A stretch of DNA of 45,438 nt, taken from IMG/VR virus record IMGVR_UViG_3300048598_000488, positions 1 to 45,438 of that record; one strand, given 5' to 3'. The notes beneath the pieces were generated by a model that worked only from the letters and a program-made list of their open reading frames with translations, was not told the origin of the DNA and did no database searches. Within the stretch, counting starts at the first letter, position 1. The number at the start of each line of letters is the position of its first letter. The DNA is from a virus (taxonomy: Duplodnaviria; Caudoviricetes). Positions 26,353-35,416 of this stretch are shown here, one piece after another. The position numbers and the translations under genes are program-made.

Positions 26353-26790
26353 ATGAATAATGAGTTTTCTGAGTTTTTAGATGAAAGTCTTAAACAAAAG
26401 ATGAATGAGTGTCTTGGGGCTGATATGACTGGCATTGATGCTACATCAACATCAACATCAACAAGACTAACCATGGAGATCATGAAAGAAAAGATTTTAA
26501 TAGTAGGTGCTCCGAAACCAATGCCATCATTACTTGATTTTGATGCTATAAGAGATCTAAATCCGCTTCGTGATCCTGAGTCTTTGGATGCCTTTAGGTA
26601 TGCCCATGTTTTCCCCCATGTTTTCCGCTATGCCAATCAAAAGCCTATGAGAACGATTACAAAGCAGATTCAGGCCCGCAGTCACAAAAAGAAGCGTATC
26701 AATAAGAAATGGCTTAAGATATACGGCACAAAGGAAGTGTCACGGCAGGTTGAGTATACGCCGTTTGTGTTAAGCGGTTCAGGGATATAG
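26353..26790 (+). CDS. Hypothetical protein
   Basis: SD GGAGG; RSHKKKRINKKWLKIYG motif. Confidence 0.6.
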   Translation: MNNEFSEFLDESLKQKMNECLGADMTGIDATSTSTSTRLTMEIMKEKILIVGAPKPMPSLLDFDAIRDLNPLRDPESLDAFRYAHVFPHVFRYANQKPMRTITKQIQARSHKKKRINKKWLKIYGTKEVSRQVEYTPFVLSGSGI

Positions 26791-26798
26791 GAGGGCAT

Positions 26799-27086
26799 AT
26801 GGAACAGATTCAAAGGATTATAAATCAAATAGCTGCCGACTTGACTGATCCCAACAGAAGAGTGGCAGTAGTAACAAAGGTAAAGTATCTAAAAGCATTC
26901 AAATGCTTTCAGCACAAAAATCTTTATTATGCCACTGATCCTTACCAGCTTGCGGGTGCAATGCTTACTGACATTTATATTTATAGAGCCGACTTAAGCA
27001 AAGAGCAGGTTGATTATTTACAGTGCTGCATCCGATTTGTCAGGGAAAGCATTGTGGACGAGGGCAGTATGCATATTTATTTTTAG
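26799..27086 (+). CDS. Hypothetical protein
   Basis: SD AGGAGG; 95 aa. Confidence 0.55.
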   Translation: MEQIQRIINQIAADLTDPNRRVAVVTKVKYLKAFKCFQHKNLYYATDPYQLAGAMLTDIYIYRADLSKEQVDYLQCCIRFVRESIVDEGSMHIYF

Positions 27087-27133
27087 GATTCATGCGGAAA
27101 CGCTGAAAATATAAACAAATTACGGAGGTCATT

Positions 27134-27502
27134 ATGATTAGTAATGAAGAGAATACACAGTGTTATGGACAGCCAAAGGATTTAGAAATCTCAGAAGTTA
27201 AACAAGCAAAAGAGAACATATCTGATTTAAAAGTATATGGTGATGGTGATACATTTGCCTTACTTTGTAAGGCTAGTTCTCAATCACAAGGCTGGATGAA
27301 GTCAACTAAAGTTTGTAATCTTCCAAATGGTTGTATAGTGCAGGTTACAACACAACAAAGAAACCCTGACGGCAGCTATAGCGTTGCTGAGGCATTAACG
27401 TTTGTACCAGATTGTAAGTTAGATACAGAATCCAACCCAAGAAAAATCATAGTTATCAAGAAGGAAGACGCTCCTTCGATTGAATCGTCCCATAATTGCT
27501 AA
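27134..27502 (+). CDS. Hypothetical phage protein
   Basis: SD GGAGG; GWMKSTK..GCIVQVTTQQRNPDG..VAEALTFVP. Confidence 0.7.
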   Translation: MISNEENTQCYGQPKDLEISEVKQAKENISDLKVYGDGDTFALLCKASSQSQGWMKSTKVCNLPNGCIVQVTTQQRNPDGSYSVAEALTFVPDCKLDTESNPRKIIVIKKEDAPSIESSHNC

Positions 27503-27506
27503 CATT

Positions 27507-27616
27507 AACGTGGTGGTGGAATAGGTAGACACATCGCCAATCATGGGCGTGCCGTACTAAATACATGATGCGAAAGCAACAAGCTGCCTGCAGGGTGCAA
27601 ATCCCTGCCCACGTTC
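27507..27616 (+). ncRNA. tRNA-like RNA with non-canonical anticodon and variable region
   Basis: Acceptor AACGTGG/CCACGTT, D-arm GTGGAATAGGTAGACAC, T-like arm GCAGGG-TGCAAAT-CCCTGC; ~39-nt variable region; no CCA. Confidence 0.65.
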
Positions 27617-27649
27617 TACGGCTATAAGCCAAAGGAAGGAGCAAAGGAA

Positions 27650-28468
27650 ATGAGTAAGACAATTAAGGTGTTCTTTGACACCGAGTTTACAGGGCTGCAT
27701 AAGGATACAAGCCTCTTAAGTATAGGTTTGGTAGATGAATTGAACAACAAGTTCTATGCTGAAAGTAGCATTGACACTAGGGAAACATTCCTCAATTATG
27801 CCGATTTAGCAACTGCTCAATGGGTTCAGGAACATGTAATTCCAAACTTTATTTTAAAAGACATGGAGCCTAATACAGTTAAGTTTGACGAAGCAGATTA
27901 TACAAAATATGTTTACGGCACCCCAAATTATATAGCAGATGAATTAAAAATTTGGTTCAGTAGGCAGTTTGATGTGCCTGGCAAGACAACTTTTGAAATA
28001 TGGTCGGATTGCTTGGCATATGATTGGGTTCTCTTCTGCGATCTGTTCGGTGGAGCTATGAAGGTACCAAGTAATATCTATTACATACCGTTTGATATAT
28101 GCACATTGTTCAAAGCTCGTGGCGTAGATCCGGACGTCAACCGTGAAGAATTTGCAGGGATTACGGGATCAAAGCACAACGCTCTGCATGATGCGAAGGT
28201 TATTAAGGTGTGCTACGAAAAACTTTGGTATAATTACAATCCGTATTTAAGCCCAGAATACGTGCATAAAGTTTTAAACCCACCAGACACGGATAATGAA
28301 CTAGAAAAGGTCTTGATTGACCATTACAAAGGCTATCTTGTTGACTCTGCATTAAAAACAATTGAGGTCTGTGAAAGGCTTGAAAAGTCTGTTGAAAATG
28401 GTGAAGGCACAATAACAATGCAGACAAAGTACAATCCTTCCGGTTGTGGAAAGGAGAGTGGTGATTGA
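27650..28468 (+). CDS. DEDDh 3'-5' exonuclease (Rv2179c/RNase AS-like)
   Basis: FFDTEFTG, AYDWV, PFDI, HNALHDA. Confidence 0.85.
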   Translation: MSKTIKVFFDTEFTGLHKDTSLLSIGLVDELNNKFYAESSIDTRETFLNYADLATAQWVQEHVIPNFILKDMEPNTVKFDEADYTKYVYGTPNYIADELKIWFSRQFDVPGKTTFEIWSDCLAYDWVLFCDLFGGAMKVPSNIYYIPFDICTLFKARGVDPDVNREEFAGITGSKHNALHDAKVIKVCYEKLWYNYNPYLSPEYVHKVLNPPDTDNELEKVLIDHYKGYLVDSALKTIEVCERLEKSVENGEGTITMQTKYNPSGCGKESGD

Positions 28469-28869
28469 TGGCATTTAAGCGTAGAATCACACCTGAGCAG
28501 CTTCAGGAGCTTACAGAAGAACAAAATAAAAAGCTTTGTGATTGGTGGACACCATCCGAAGGTGATGTTTTTATAGTATCCAACACAAAGAATACCATAA
28601 TTCAGAACTATATTGGTGCTTTCAGTCTTGATTCATTGAGAAATTTTGCACAAAAACCAAAAGGATATATGCCTCTTCTGGACATAGGGCAAATGATTGA
28701 GTTTCTTGATGAAGATGGGTTTGGGATTGAAAAACAGAAGGAGGACTTTTGGAATATTTACGTGTTTAATGATACAGGATGGAAATTAGACTTTGGAAAC
28801 ATCATATCCAATGACCAACTATGTGATGCACTTTGGATGGTGGTCAAGGCGGTGTTACAGTGGAAATAA
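28465..28869 (+). CDS. Hypothetical phage protein
   Basis: PLLDIGQMIEFL and LCDALW motifs; overlaps upstream stop. Confidence 0.65.
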   Translation: MMAFKRRITPEQLQELTEEQNKKLCDWWTPSEGDVFIVSNTKNTIIQNYIGAFSLDSLRNFAQKPKGYMPLLDIGQMIEFLDEDGFGIEKQKEDFWNIYVFNDTGWKLDFGNIISNDQLCDALWMVVKAVLQWK

Positions 28870-29090
28870 TCAGAAGCAAGAAGGAAAATTGCCGGACGTG
28901 CCTACATAAAGACGAAAACGGAGCACTTGAGCCATGCTGCAGCTGCATGATGGACAAGGAGAATAAGGATATTCGATATTATACCGGTTACCAGCGGGAT
29001 TATGCACTCTGGCCAGAGCCAGAGTTTGAATATACTGTTGCAGTACCTCAATTTATTGATGATAGGAAGGATAATAATGATAAAGATTAA
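28860..29090 (+). CDS. Small Cys-motif protein
   Basis: CRTCLH..EPCCSC. Confidence 0.5.
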   Translation: MEIIRSKKENCRTCLHKDENGALEPCCSCMMDKENKDIRYYTGYQRDYALWPEPEFEYTVAVPQFIDDRKDNNDKD

Positions 29091-29113
29091 TAGTATCACA
29101 AGGAGGATTGAAA

Positions 29114-29356
29114 ATGAAAACAGCAAAAAAAGCAAGAGGTATTGTATATAATGCTATTGATGAAAAATCTATAAAAGAGTGGAAAATGCTAGAGGCCGAA
29201 ATAGAAAAGGCTATAAATAAACATCAATACTCAACAACAATAGATGGGAGAATAACATCAGGAAATGCTAAAAAATTAAAAGACTTAGGTTATAAAATTG
29301 ATTATGGTACCCAATACAATCAAAGCTTTGTATCTATATCATGGCAAAATGCCTAA
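29114..29356 (+). CDS. Hypothetical phage protein
   Basis: SD AGGAGG; LKDLGYKI..ISW ending. Confidence 0.6.
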   Translation: MKTAKKARGIVYNAIDEKSIKEWKMLEAEIEKAINKHQYSTTIDGRITSGNAKKLKDLGYKIDYGTQYNQSFVSISWQNA

Positions 29357-29404
29357 GTATGATAGATATGTTTTTACAATATCAAGAAGAATTTTAGAGA
29401 GAAG

Positions 29405-29650
29405 GTGTATTTTGTGGCTAAAGTAAACAAAGATTGGCTTATCAAGAAACTTGAAAATACTGATCTTAACCAACAACAGGTTGATGCAATTAATAAAATT
29501 CTCAGCAGAAGTTACGTTGAATGCCCTGATTGTGGTAAGGAAATACCAGATAATATCTATTCAAAGCAACATCATGTTCAACATGAATGTATAAAAGACA
29601 ATGATAATAGGCTTTATGACCAATTAAGGAGGGATTTTCGTGGACGATAA
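29405..29650 (+). CDS. Hypothetical zinc-finger protein
   Basis: CPDCG..H..H.C. Confidence 0.5.
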   Translation: MYFVAKVNKDWLIKKLENTDLNQQQVDAINKILSRSYVECPDCGKEIPDNIYSKQHHVQHECIKDNDNRLYDQLRRDFRGR

Positions 29651-29753
29651 AGACAGGATTGACACTATAACTTGAAATTGCAGTATAAAAAGTAGGCTGT
29701 TTTGTCAAGTTTAGCTCAAAATATAAAAAAATATGTTACGGAGGTAAATAACT

Positions 29754-29972
29754 ATGGATGACAAGCAAAAACAGGATTTAGAAAACAGATTCAGCTACCA
29801 TCAACCGAAGGAAGGGCAGCCTGACAAGTACCAGGCTATAAGGAACATGGCAAAGGACTTTGCTACTGCAATAGTGGGAATGGCTCCTAATACCAGGGAA
29901 AGGGCGTTGGCACTCACGAAGTTGGAAGAGGTAGTCTTTTGGGCAAATGCAGGGATATCAAGGCACGAATAG
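29754..29972 (+). CDS. Acb2/Tad1-like helical hairpin protein (candidate nucleotide-signal sponge)
   Basis: RFSYH..RERALALTKLEEVVFWANAGISR; SD GGAGGT. Confidence 0.65.
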   Translation: MDDKQKQDLENRFSYHQPKEGQPDKYQAIRNMAKDFATAIVGMAPNTRERALALTKLEEVVFWANAGISRHE

Positions 29973-29980
29973 GAGGATTT

Positions 29981-30919
29981 ATGGTAGACATAGAATTCGC
30001 AAAAGAGCTTAAAGAAGATATTGTTAGAAAAGAAAAGATCATATACCTACTTTATAAACTGCTTGATAATATTGATACGGCGTCAGATATGTTCAAGGAT
30101 GATTACAAAGGCTTAGCTAAATATGTTTATAAATTACAACAGAAAAGGCATGATGTAATAAGTAAGGCTTATGTAAATGAGCTTTATGATAGGTATCATG
30201 TGTGGGAAGTTGATAAGAAGGGAACAGAACATATGGACAACATAGGTAGTGAAGTAATTAATAAAAATAGTGGTAAAAAGGGCGTTGTATTAAGAGTAAC
30301 AGATAGTGGGTCTGTGTGCGTATTGGAAAGTGTTAATCCATATGTTTTGTGTACCCATGATAACTGGAACACACTAGAATTATGTGAAGAGATAACAGCA
30401 GAATACAAGCGTGAAGAATCAACAGAGTGCTGCAGTGAAAATGTACCATTGATCGCACAAAATAAGATATTTGAACAAAGAGAAAAAATAAAGCGTCTTG
30501 AAGAGATAATCGCCAAGTACGAAGAACCAACAGAGGGTTGCTGCGGGAAGGCACCCGAACCTTGCGGACCTGAGTTAACAGCGGAGGACGAGGCAAGGTA
30601 CAAACAGGAGTTATCCAGGGGAACAAAAGTGAACTTTATAGTAAATTATATGGCTGTAGTGCCAGAAATAGAACTGGACAAGATTGTTCGTGCTTGGGTA
30701 GCTGATAAAGAGAAGTCTTCAGAACAACCAAAACAAATTATTCCTCTGGTTCTTTTTGGAGGCACAAAAGAGGAATTACATAGATTTTACTGTATTACAG
30801 ACAAGATTCTTAAGATGAAAGCTGAGAAACGTGAGATACCTATGTCGCAAAGTGAATTACAGCTTATTGCTGATATTAAAGTGAATTTGGAGGGCTATGT
30901 TGATCCATGTCAAAGATAA
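29981..30919 (+). CDS. Hypothetical multi-segment protein
   Basis: SD AGGAGG before ATG 29981. Confidence 0.6.
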   Translation: MVDIEFAKELKEDIVRKEKIIYLLYKLLDNIDTASDMFKDDYKGLAKYVYKLQQKRHDVISKAYVNELYDRYHVWEVDKKGTEHMDNIGSEVINKNSGKKGVVLRVTDSGSVCVLESVNPYVLCTHDNWNTLELCEEITAEYKREESTECCSENVPLIAQNKIFEQREKIKRLEEIIAKYEEPTEGCCGKAPEPCGPELTAEDEARYKQELSRGTKVNFIVNYMAVVPEIELDKIVRAWVADKEKSSEQPKQIIPLVLFGGTKEELHRFYCITDKILKMKAEKREIPMSQSELQLIADIKVNLEGYVDPCQR

Positions 30920-31038
30920 TAATTATGGTGGGTCTTCCTTGAACCAGTTACCGAGGCAGATGGTATTGGCACGTTGATTACATACTCTTCAGAAGCCTAA
31001 AAAATATATTGTTGCACATAAAAGAATTGAGGTATAAT

Positions 31039-31215
31039 ATGGGTGTAGAGGTTAAATGCAAAATAGACAACAAAAAACTGTTTGAACTTAATGGTGATAT
31101 GATTGAGATTTTGTGTCCAAAAGAGAAGAGGATTATAAAAATACCATTACGTAAGCTTTTGGAAGCTTCTACATCCACATCAAGTGAACTTAAAGAAAAA
31201 GTACTAAAGTTTTAG
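31039..31215 (+). CDS. Com-like zinc-ribbon regulator with degenerate ligands
   Basis: EVKCKIDNKKLFEL..IEILCPKEKRI resembles Com-family EIRCxxCxKLL..IEIKCPRC; SD GAGGT. Confidence 0.55.
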   Translation: MGVEVKCKIDNKKLFELNGDMIEILCPKEKRIIKIPLRKLLEASTSTSSELKEKVLKF

Positions 31216-31286
31216 GGAATTGTGTAATGGTAGCACATGGGCCTTTGACGCCCACTGTCTAGGTTCGAAACCTAGTTTCCTAGCCA
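31213..31286 (+). tRNA. tRNA-Gln (anticodon TTG)
   Basis: Acceptor TAGGGAA/TTTCCTA, D-arm GTGT/GCAC, anticodon arm TGGGC-CTTTGAC-GCCCA, T-arm CTAGG-TTCGAAA-CCTAG, encoded CCA. Confidence 0.95.
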
Positions 31287-31287
31287 C

Positions 31288-31374
31288 AAAGGAATATAAC
31301 AGAGTTCCGAGAACGTCAAGAACGTCATGAGAGCCATATTGGACTAGCAATAGTCTGGTATGGCTTTTATTTTT
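31288..31374 (+). promoter_or_regulatory. Attenuator copy 1: four GAGnnCC-like boxes running into a terminator
   Basis: AAAGGAATATAACA, GAGTTCC, GAGAACG, AAGAACG, GAGAGCC; hairpin AGAGCCATATTGGACTA-GCAA-TAGTCTGGTATGGCTTT plus T-tract. Confidence 0.75.
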
Positions 31375-31389
31375 AACTGGAGGTGCGAA

Positions 31390-31578
31390 ATGGTACAGGT
31401 TAAGCCTGCAGCGTTGAAAAGTGAATTTTATGGTGCAGAAGAAGAAATGGATGATGTTAACACTGCGTTAATTGCAGTTGGCAGTACCTTCTACGTAATC
31501 GCAGAGGTAGAAGGAGTAAACACAATCACTAAAACATTCAAGTGGTGTGGTAACACGCTTGGATGGTGCAAGGAGTAA
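31390..31578 (+). CDS. Small hypothetical protein
   Basis: SD GGAGGT before ATG 31390. Confidence 0.6.
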   Translation: MVQVKPAALKSEFYGAEEEMDDVNTALIAVGSTFYVIAEVEGVNTITKTFKWCGNTLGWCKE

Positions 31579-31591
31579 GGGGGTATAAATT

Positions 31592-34225
31592 ATGTCGTTA
31601 ACACCACTATCCAGAGGACATAAGAAAGCATTAAACAGAGAAAACCCTGTCTTTAGAGACATGGGTTTCGGAAATATTGTTGAAAGTATAATTAATGGTC
31701 ATAATTCACTTCAGTCTGATACTGTAAATTTAGGGAAAAGTGTTGTGAACGAAGAGATAGTTCAGCCTTATGCAACTTGGCAATTAGGAACTATTGAAAC
31801 TATTACTGGTGTAGCAGTTTCAAATCCAATAAGAATAAGAACTGCAAATTATATTAATAGTAAAGATACTGATAAAATAACCATTTTGTCCGGGTTTGAA
31901 GCATATCTTTATTTTTACACTCACAACGGAATCGACTATGTTTATCAAGGCATGTGGAATGGTTTGACATTGGCAACATCAGGAGGAATAACAGTAACAT
32001 CGTTTGACTTTAGAACACTCAATTCTGAATATTACTATAAAATTGTGCTTAAAAAAATAGACAATAGCAGCATTGTAACTGGAGATGGTGTAAATGTAAC
32101 GTATTCTATACTTAACATCCCAAAAAGCTTGATATCTGAGTTTGCCACAGCAAACGGATATAACGAGGATATTAACAAAAGAAGCACTTGGGAACATGGA
32201 GGCATTTCGGCAGGAACTCAAGATAATGCTACAATGCACAAAAGAATGAGGTCAAGAGGTTATGTTAATCTTACTAACGTAGAAAAGATTATTGCACGTC
32301 CAGGTTATGGGTTTATTTTGTATCAATTTGATACAGCTGACTCTTATGTAGGTTATTGGCAACCTAGCAATTTTTCTTTTGGCTCAACTATCACAGCAAC
32401 GTGGGAGTCAGAAGTAGATATGTTACAGATTGATAAATCACTGAAATATAAAATAGCTTTTAGAAAAATAGACGAATCAAATCTTGTAAATGATGATTGG
32501 AAAGCTGTATCCTTCTTAAGGTCAAAAATAAATAAAATCGATTTGACAATAGCGGCATCAACAGATATAACAGCTAAATGTGATATTCGAAAACACACTA
32601 TAAGTGTAAGTTCTACACCTTTAGATATTAACAATAATCCAAACGCAAATGGTGTTTACAAGTGGCAGCTACTAAAAACCGCCACATCTGAGTATGCAAA
32701 ATCTTGTGTTATACCTGTACGAAAAGGATATTATTATACAATTTCGCATACCGGTGATAGATTTACTTTTGCATTGTATAAGTATCAATACAAGAGTAAT
32801 GTTTATGCTACGATTAATCTTGGCAAAAGGATATTTACCCAAACATACACTTATTACTGTGACACAGATGAATATCAGTTTTTGATTGTCTACTACAATT
32901 GGGCTGTTACCAATCCTACAATAACAGTAACTGAAATAGCAAAATACTCTCCGGAGGTTGGTAATATAATTGGGCTTAGAGAGAACATGTACAAATCAAA
33001 GGGTAATCTTGCACTTGCTATACAGGAACAAAAACTTGAGGCAAGGGTAAATGCTCACATTGCTGCAAATGGTCTTACCATTGGAGGTGTGACAAAAACA
33101 AGGGAACAGATAAGAGACTGGATGCTTAATCGTAATAATTGCTTGTATCGTGGCAAATTAAAAAAGAAGGGAAAATATATTGTCGATTCAGCGGATAAGC
33201 CTGTTGAATTATTCGGAGTAGGACTGTTTCATACACCGGATTTAGTACATAAATTACATACTAAGGAGACTCTTAAACTGCTAAAATATCATGGCGTAAA
33301 CATTATAAGATTTCCTGTTCAGCCAAGATATTACTATTCGTTAGGATATAACAAGGATTTTTATACCAGAGGGTATGACACCCAAGCAGCAACAATTAAG
33401 AATTATTTATCTCAAATAATAAACTGGTGTGAAGAGTTAGGATTGTATGTAATTGTAGACTGGCATGTAATGGAGGCTGATGGGAAAACTGGTGCAGATG
33501 CATATGGAGATGGTGGTACTGGCAACGGAAACGCTGCAAATCCAACACTCATTGCTATGGCTACAGACCTATTCACTCATGTTGCAACTAATCATTCAGA
33601 ATCACCAAATGTCTTGTATGAGATACTCAACGAGCCGTTTGCTAACACAATTGCCAGCCTTGCAAGTTATATTACTACTATCAAAGGAATTATAACATCA
33701 CATGTAACAAATCCAATAATTATTTTAGGTAGATGTGCTCCAACTACTGGATATGTTTATTCCAATCCTGCTACTGAGCAAGATGTTATTAATAATATAG
33801 ACAGAGCAATAACAGATGTATGGGACTGGATGCAGTCAAACGGACATACGGATATATATATATCTGTACATGATTATGTAACAGATGTAAATTTGCTTTC
33901 GACATATCAGACACATTGGAATAACAATGTGCCACTATTTATGACTGAATGGGGTAATTCTGATTTCTCTGGCAATGGTGCAATAAATGATGCAAGAGCA
34001 CATGCATTACTTGATTGGCATCATACAAATGCTGTTCCTCAATGTGTTTGGAAATGGACATATAGGGATAGCACAACATCATTTTTAAATCCAGAGAGTG
34101 ATAGTGATGATGGTTACTACAGATATGGATTTGCAGAAAGTGATCTAACCCATAACGGTAGATTGTTTTTGAAGCAATTTGAAAAAAATGCATTCGAAGA
34201 TTATATCACTAGATCGGCAGTATAA
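31592..34225 (+). CDS. Large modular protein with C-terminal glycoside hydrolase family 5 domain
   Basis: NIIRFP, LGLYVIVDWH, acid/base YEILNEP, SVHDY, nucleophile FMTEWG; two repeated beta-rich N-terminal modules (WQLG..RIRT, WEHG..RMRS). Confidence 0.85.
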   Translation: MSLTPLSRGHKKALNRENPVFRDMGFGNIVESIINGHNSLQSDTVNLGKSVVNEEIVQPYATWQLGTIETITGVAVSNPIRIRTANYINSKDTDKITILSGFEAYLYFYTHNGIDYVYQGMWNGLTLATSGGITVTSFDFRTLNSEYYYKIVLKKIDNSSIVTGDGVNVTYSILNIPKSLISEFATANGYNEDINKRSTWEHGGISAGTQDNATMHKRMRSRGYVNLTNVEKIIARPGYGFILYQFDTADSYVGYWQPSNFSFGSTITATWESEVDMLQIDKSLKYKIAFRKIDESNLVNDDWKAVSFLRSKINKIDLTIAASTDITAKCDIRKHTISVSSTPLDINNNPNANGVYKWQLLKTATSEYAKSCVIPVRKGYYYTISHTGDRFTFALYKYQYKSNVYATINLGKRIFTQTYTYYCDTDEYQFLIVYYNWAVTNPTITVTEIAKYSPEVGNIIGLRENMYKSKGNLALAIQEQKLEARVNAHIAANGLTIGGVTKTREQIRDWMLNRNNCLYRGKLKKKGKYIVDSADKPVELFGVGLFHTPDLVHKLHTKETLKLLKYHGVNIIRFPVQPRYYYSLGYNKDFYTRGYDTQAATIKNYLSQIINWCEELGLYVIVDWHVMEADGKTGADAYGDGGTGNGNAANPTLIAMATDLFTHVATNHSESPNVLYEILNEPFANTIASLASYITTIKGIITSHVTNPIIILGRCAPTTGYVYSNPATEQDVINNIDRAITDVWDWMQSNGHTDIYISVHDYVTDVNLLSTYQTHWNNNVPLFMTEWGNSDFSGNGAINDARAHALLDWHHTNAVPQCVWKWTYRDSTTSFLNPESDSDDGYYRYGFAESDLTHNGRLFLKQFEKNAFEDYITRSAV

Positions 34226-34271
34226 TTAAATTCGACACTCTTTATAACAAAATGAGTGAAAAAGAATTTAT

Positions 34272-34352
34272 AATTAAATACCCTCTTTATGTTCTCTTTA
34301 TTATTTAATTATGGTATAATATGGCGAAATATAATAAAGGGGGTATTTAATT
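34272..34352 (+). promoter_or_regulatory. Extended -10 promoter enclosed by a 19-bp inverted repeat covering the acyltransferase SD
   Basis: AATTAAATACCCTCTTTAT (34272-90) / ATAAAGGGGGTATTTAATT (34334-52); TGGTATAAT at 34312-20. Confidence 0.65.
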
Positions 34353-35376
34353 GAAAAGCAATAGAATGTCAATCTTGGATTATTTGAAAGCATTTGCAAT
34401 TATCTTGGTAATTATTAATCATTCATGGCCCGAAAGCTTAAAAGATGCACCTATATTTATTTTTATTATTAGAATGGCTGTTCCTATTTTTATGGTTGTA
34501 AGCGGATATACATTTGCTATGTCTTACTGCAAGTATAACAATTTTAAGGGAATGTACTCACTGAAAAGTTTGATTTCTAAGTTCGTTAGATTTACGGTTC
34601 CTGTAATAATAACCTATTTGTTATTTATTGTGTACAAGGTAGCACAAACTGGGCCTGTTGGCATAAAAGAGATTGTTAAAACATTTATAATGTCGGACTA
34701 TGGGAAAGGGTCGTATTATTATGCTCTTTTAATTCAATTACTACTAATTTTCCCATTGATATATGCCGTAATGAAAAAATCAAAATATGGGCTATTAGCT
34801 ATTGGGGCCGTTAATCTTGTTTATGAAATAATGATACATATAATAGATATTGGAATTCCTCTTTACAGGATTGTCTTTTTCAGATATCTGCTTTTTGTAG
34901 GGATGGGCAGCTTTCTTTATATGTATCGTAATAGAATAAATATATTTGTTTTAATATCATCTTTTGTGATAGGAAGTATATATTTGCTTTCATATAATTA
35001 TTTAGGTTATGAGTTAAAGCTTTTTACTTATCAGCCATGGGCAAATACATCCATGATATCTGCTTTTTACATATTTCCATTCATGTATGTAGCTTGCTAC
35101 AAGTTTAAAGATTTTAGATTCAGAGGACTAACAGATAAGTTATTATCGAATATAGGAAAGGCATCATACCAAATACTTTTTGTGCAGATGATATATTTTT
35201 GGGTTGCGGATAGGTTTTACAATAAAGTAAATTTTCCATTAGTAGTACAAATAATAATTAATGTAGGTATATGTACAACTATAGGGATTATTTATTTAAA
35301 GTATGATAACATAATGGTTAATGCTATTAATAATATACTAGTTCCAAAAAACAAGAATTTTAAAATTAGTGCATAG
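34351..35376 (+). CDS. Acyltransferase family 3 (OafA-like membrane O-acetyltransferase)
   Basis: R..LDYLKAFAIILVIINH, AVPIFMVVSGY, IGKASYQILFVQ; multiple TM helices. Confidence 0.92.
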   Translation: MKSNRMSILDYLKAFAIILVIINHSWPESLKDAPIFIFIIRMAVPIFMVVSGYTFAMSYCKYNNFKGMYSLKSLISKFVRFTVPVIITYLLFIVYKVAQTGPVGIKEIVKTFIMSDYGKGSYYYALLIQLLLIFPLIYAVMKKSKYGLLAIGAVNLVYEIMIHIIDIGIPLYRIVFFRYLLFVGMGSFLYMYRNRINIFVLISSFVIGSIYLLSYNYLGYELKLFTYQPWANTSMISAFYIFPFMYVACYKFKDFRFRGLTDKLLSNIGKASYQILFVQMIYFWVADRFYNKVNFPLVVQIIINVGICTTIGIIYLKYDNIMVNAINNILVPKNKNFKISA

Positions 35377-35416
35377 TAGCTTTTCCGTGCAAAAATATGT
35401 TGTATAATAAAAAGTG

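Noticed and set aside
29655-29712. Stem with CTTGAAA loop resembling an anticodon arm
   Set aside because: No acceptor, D or T arms; stem is imperfect
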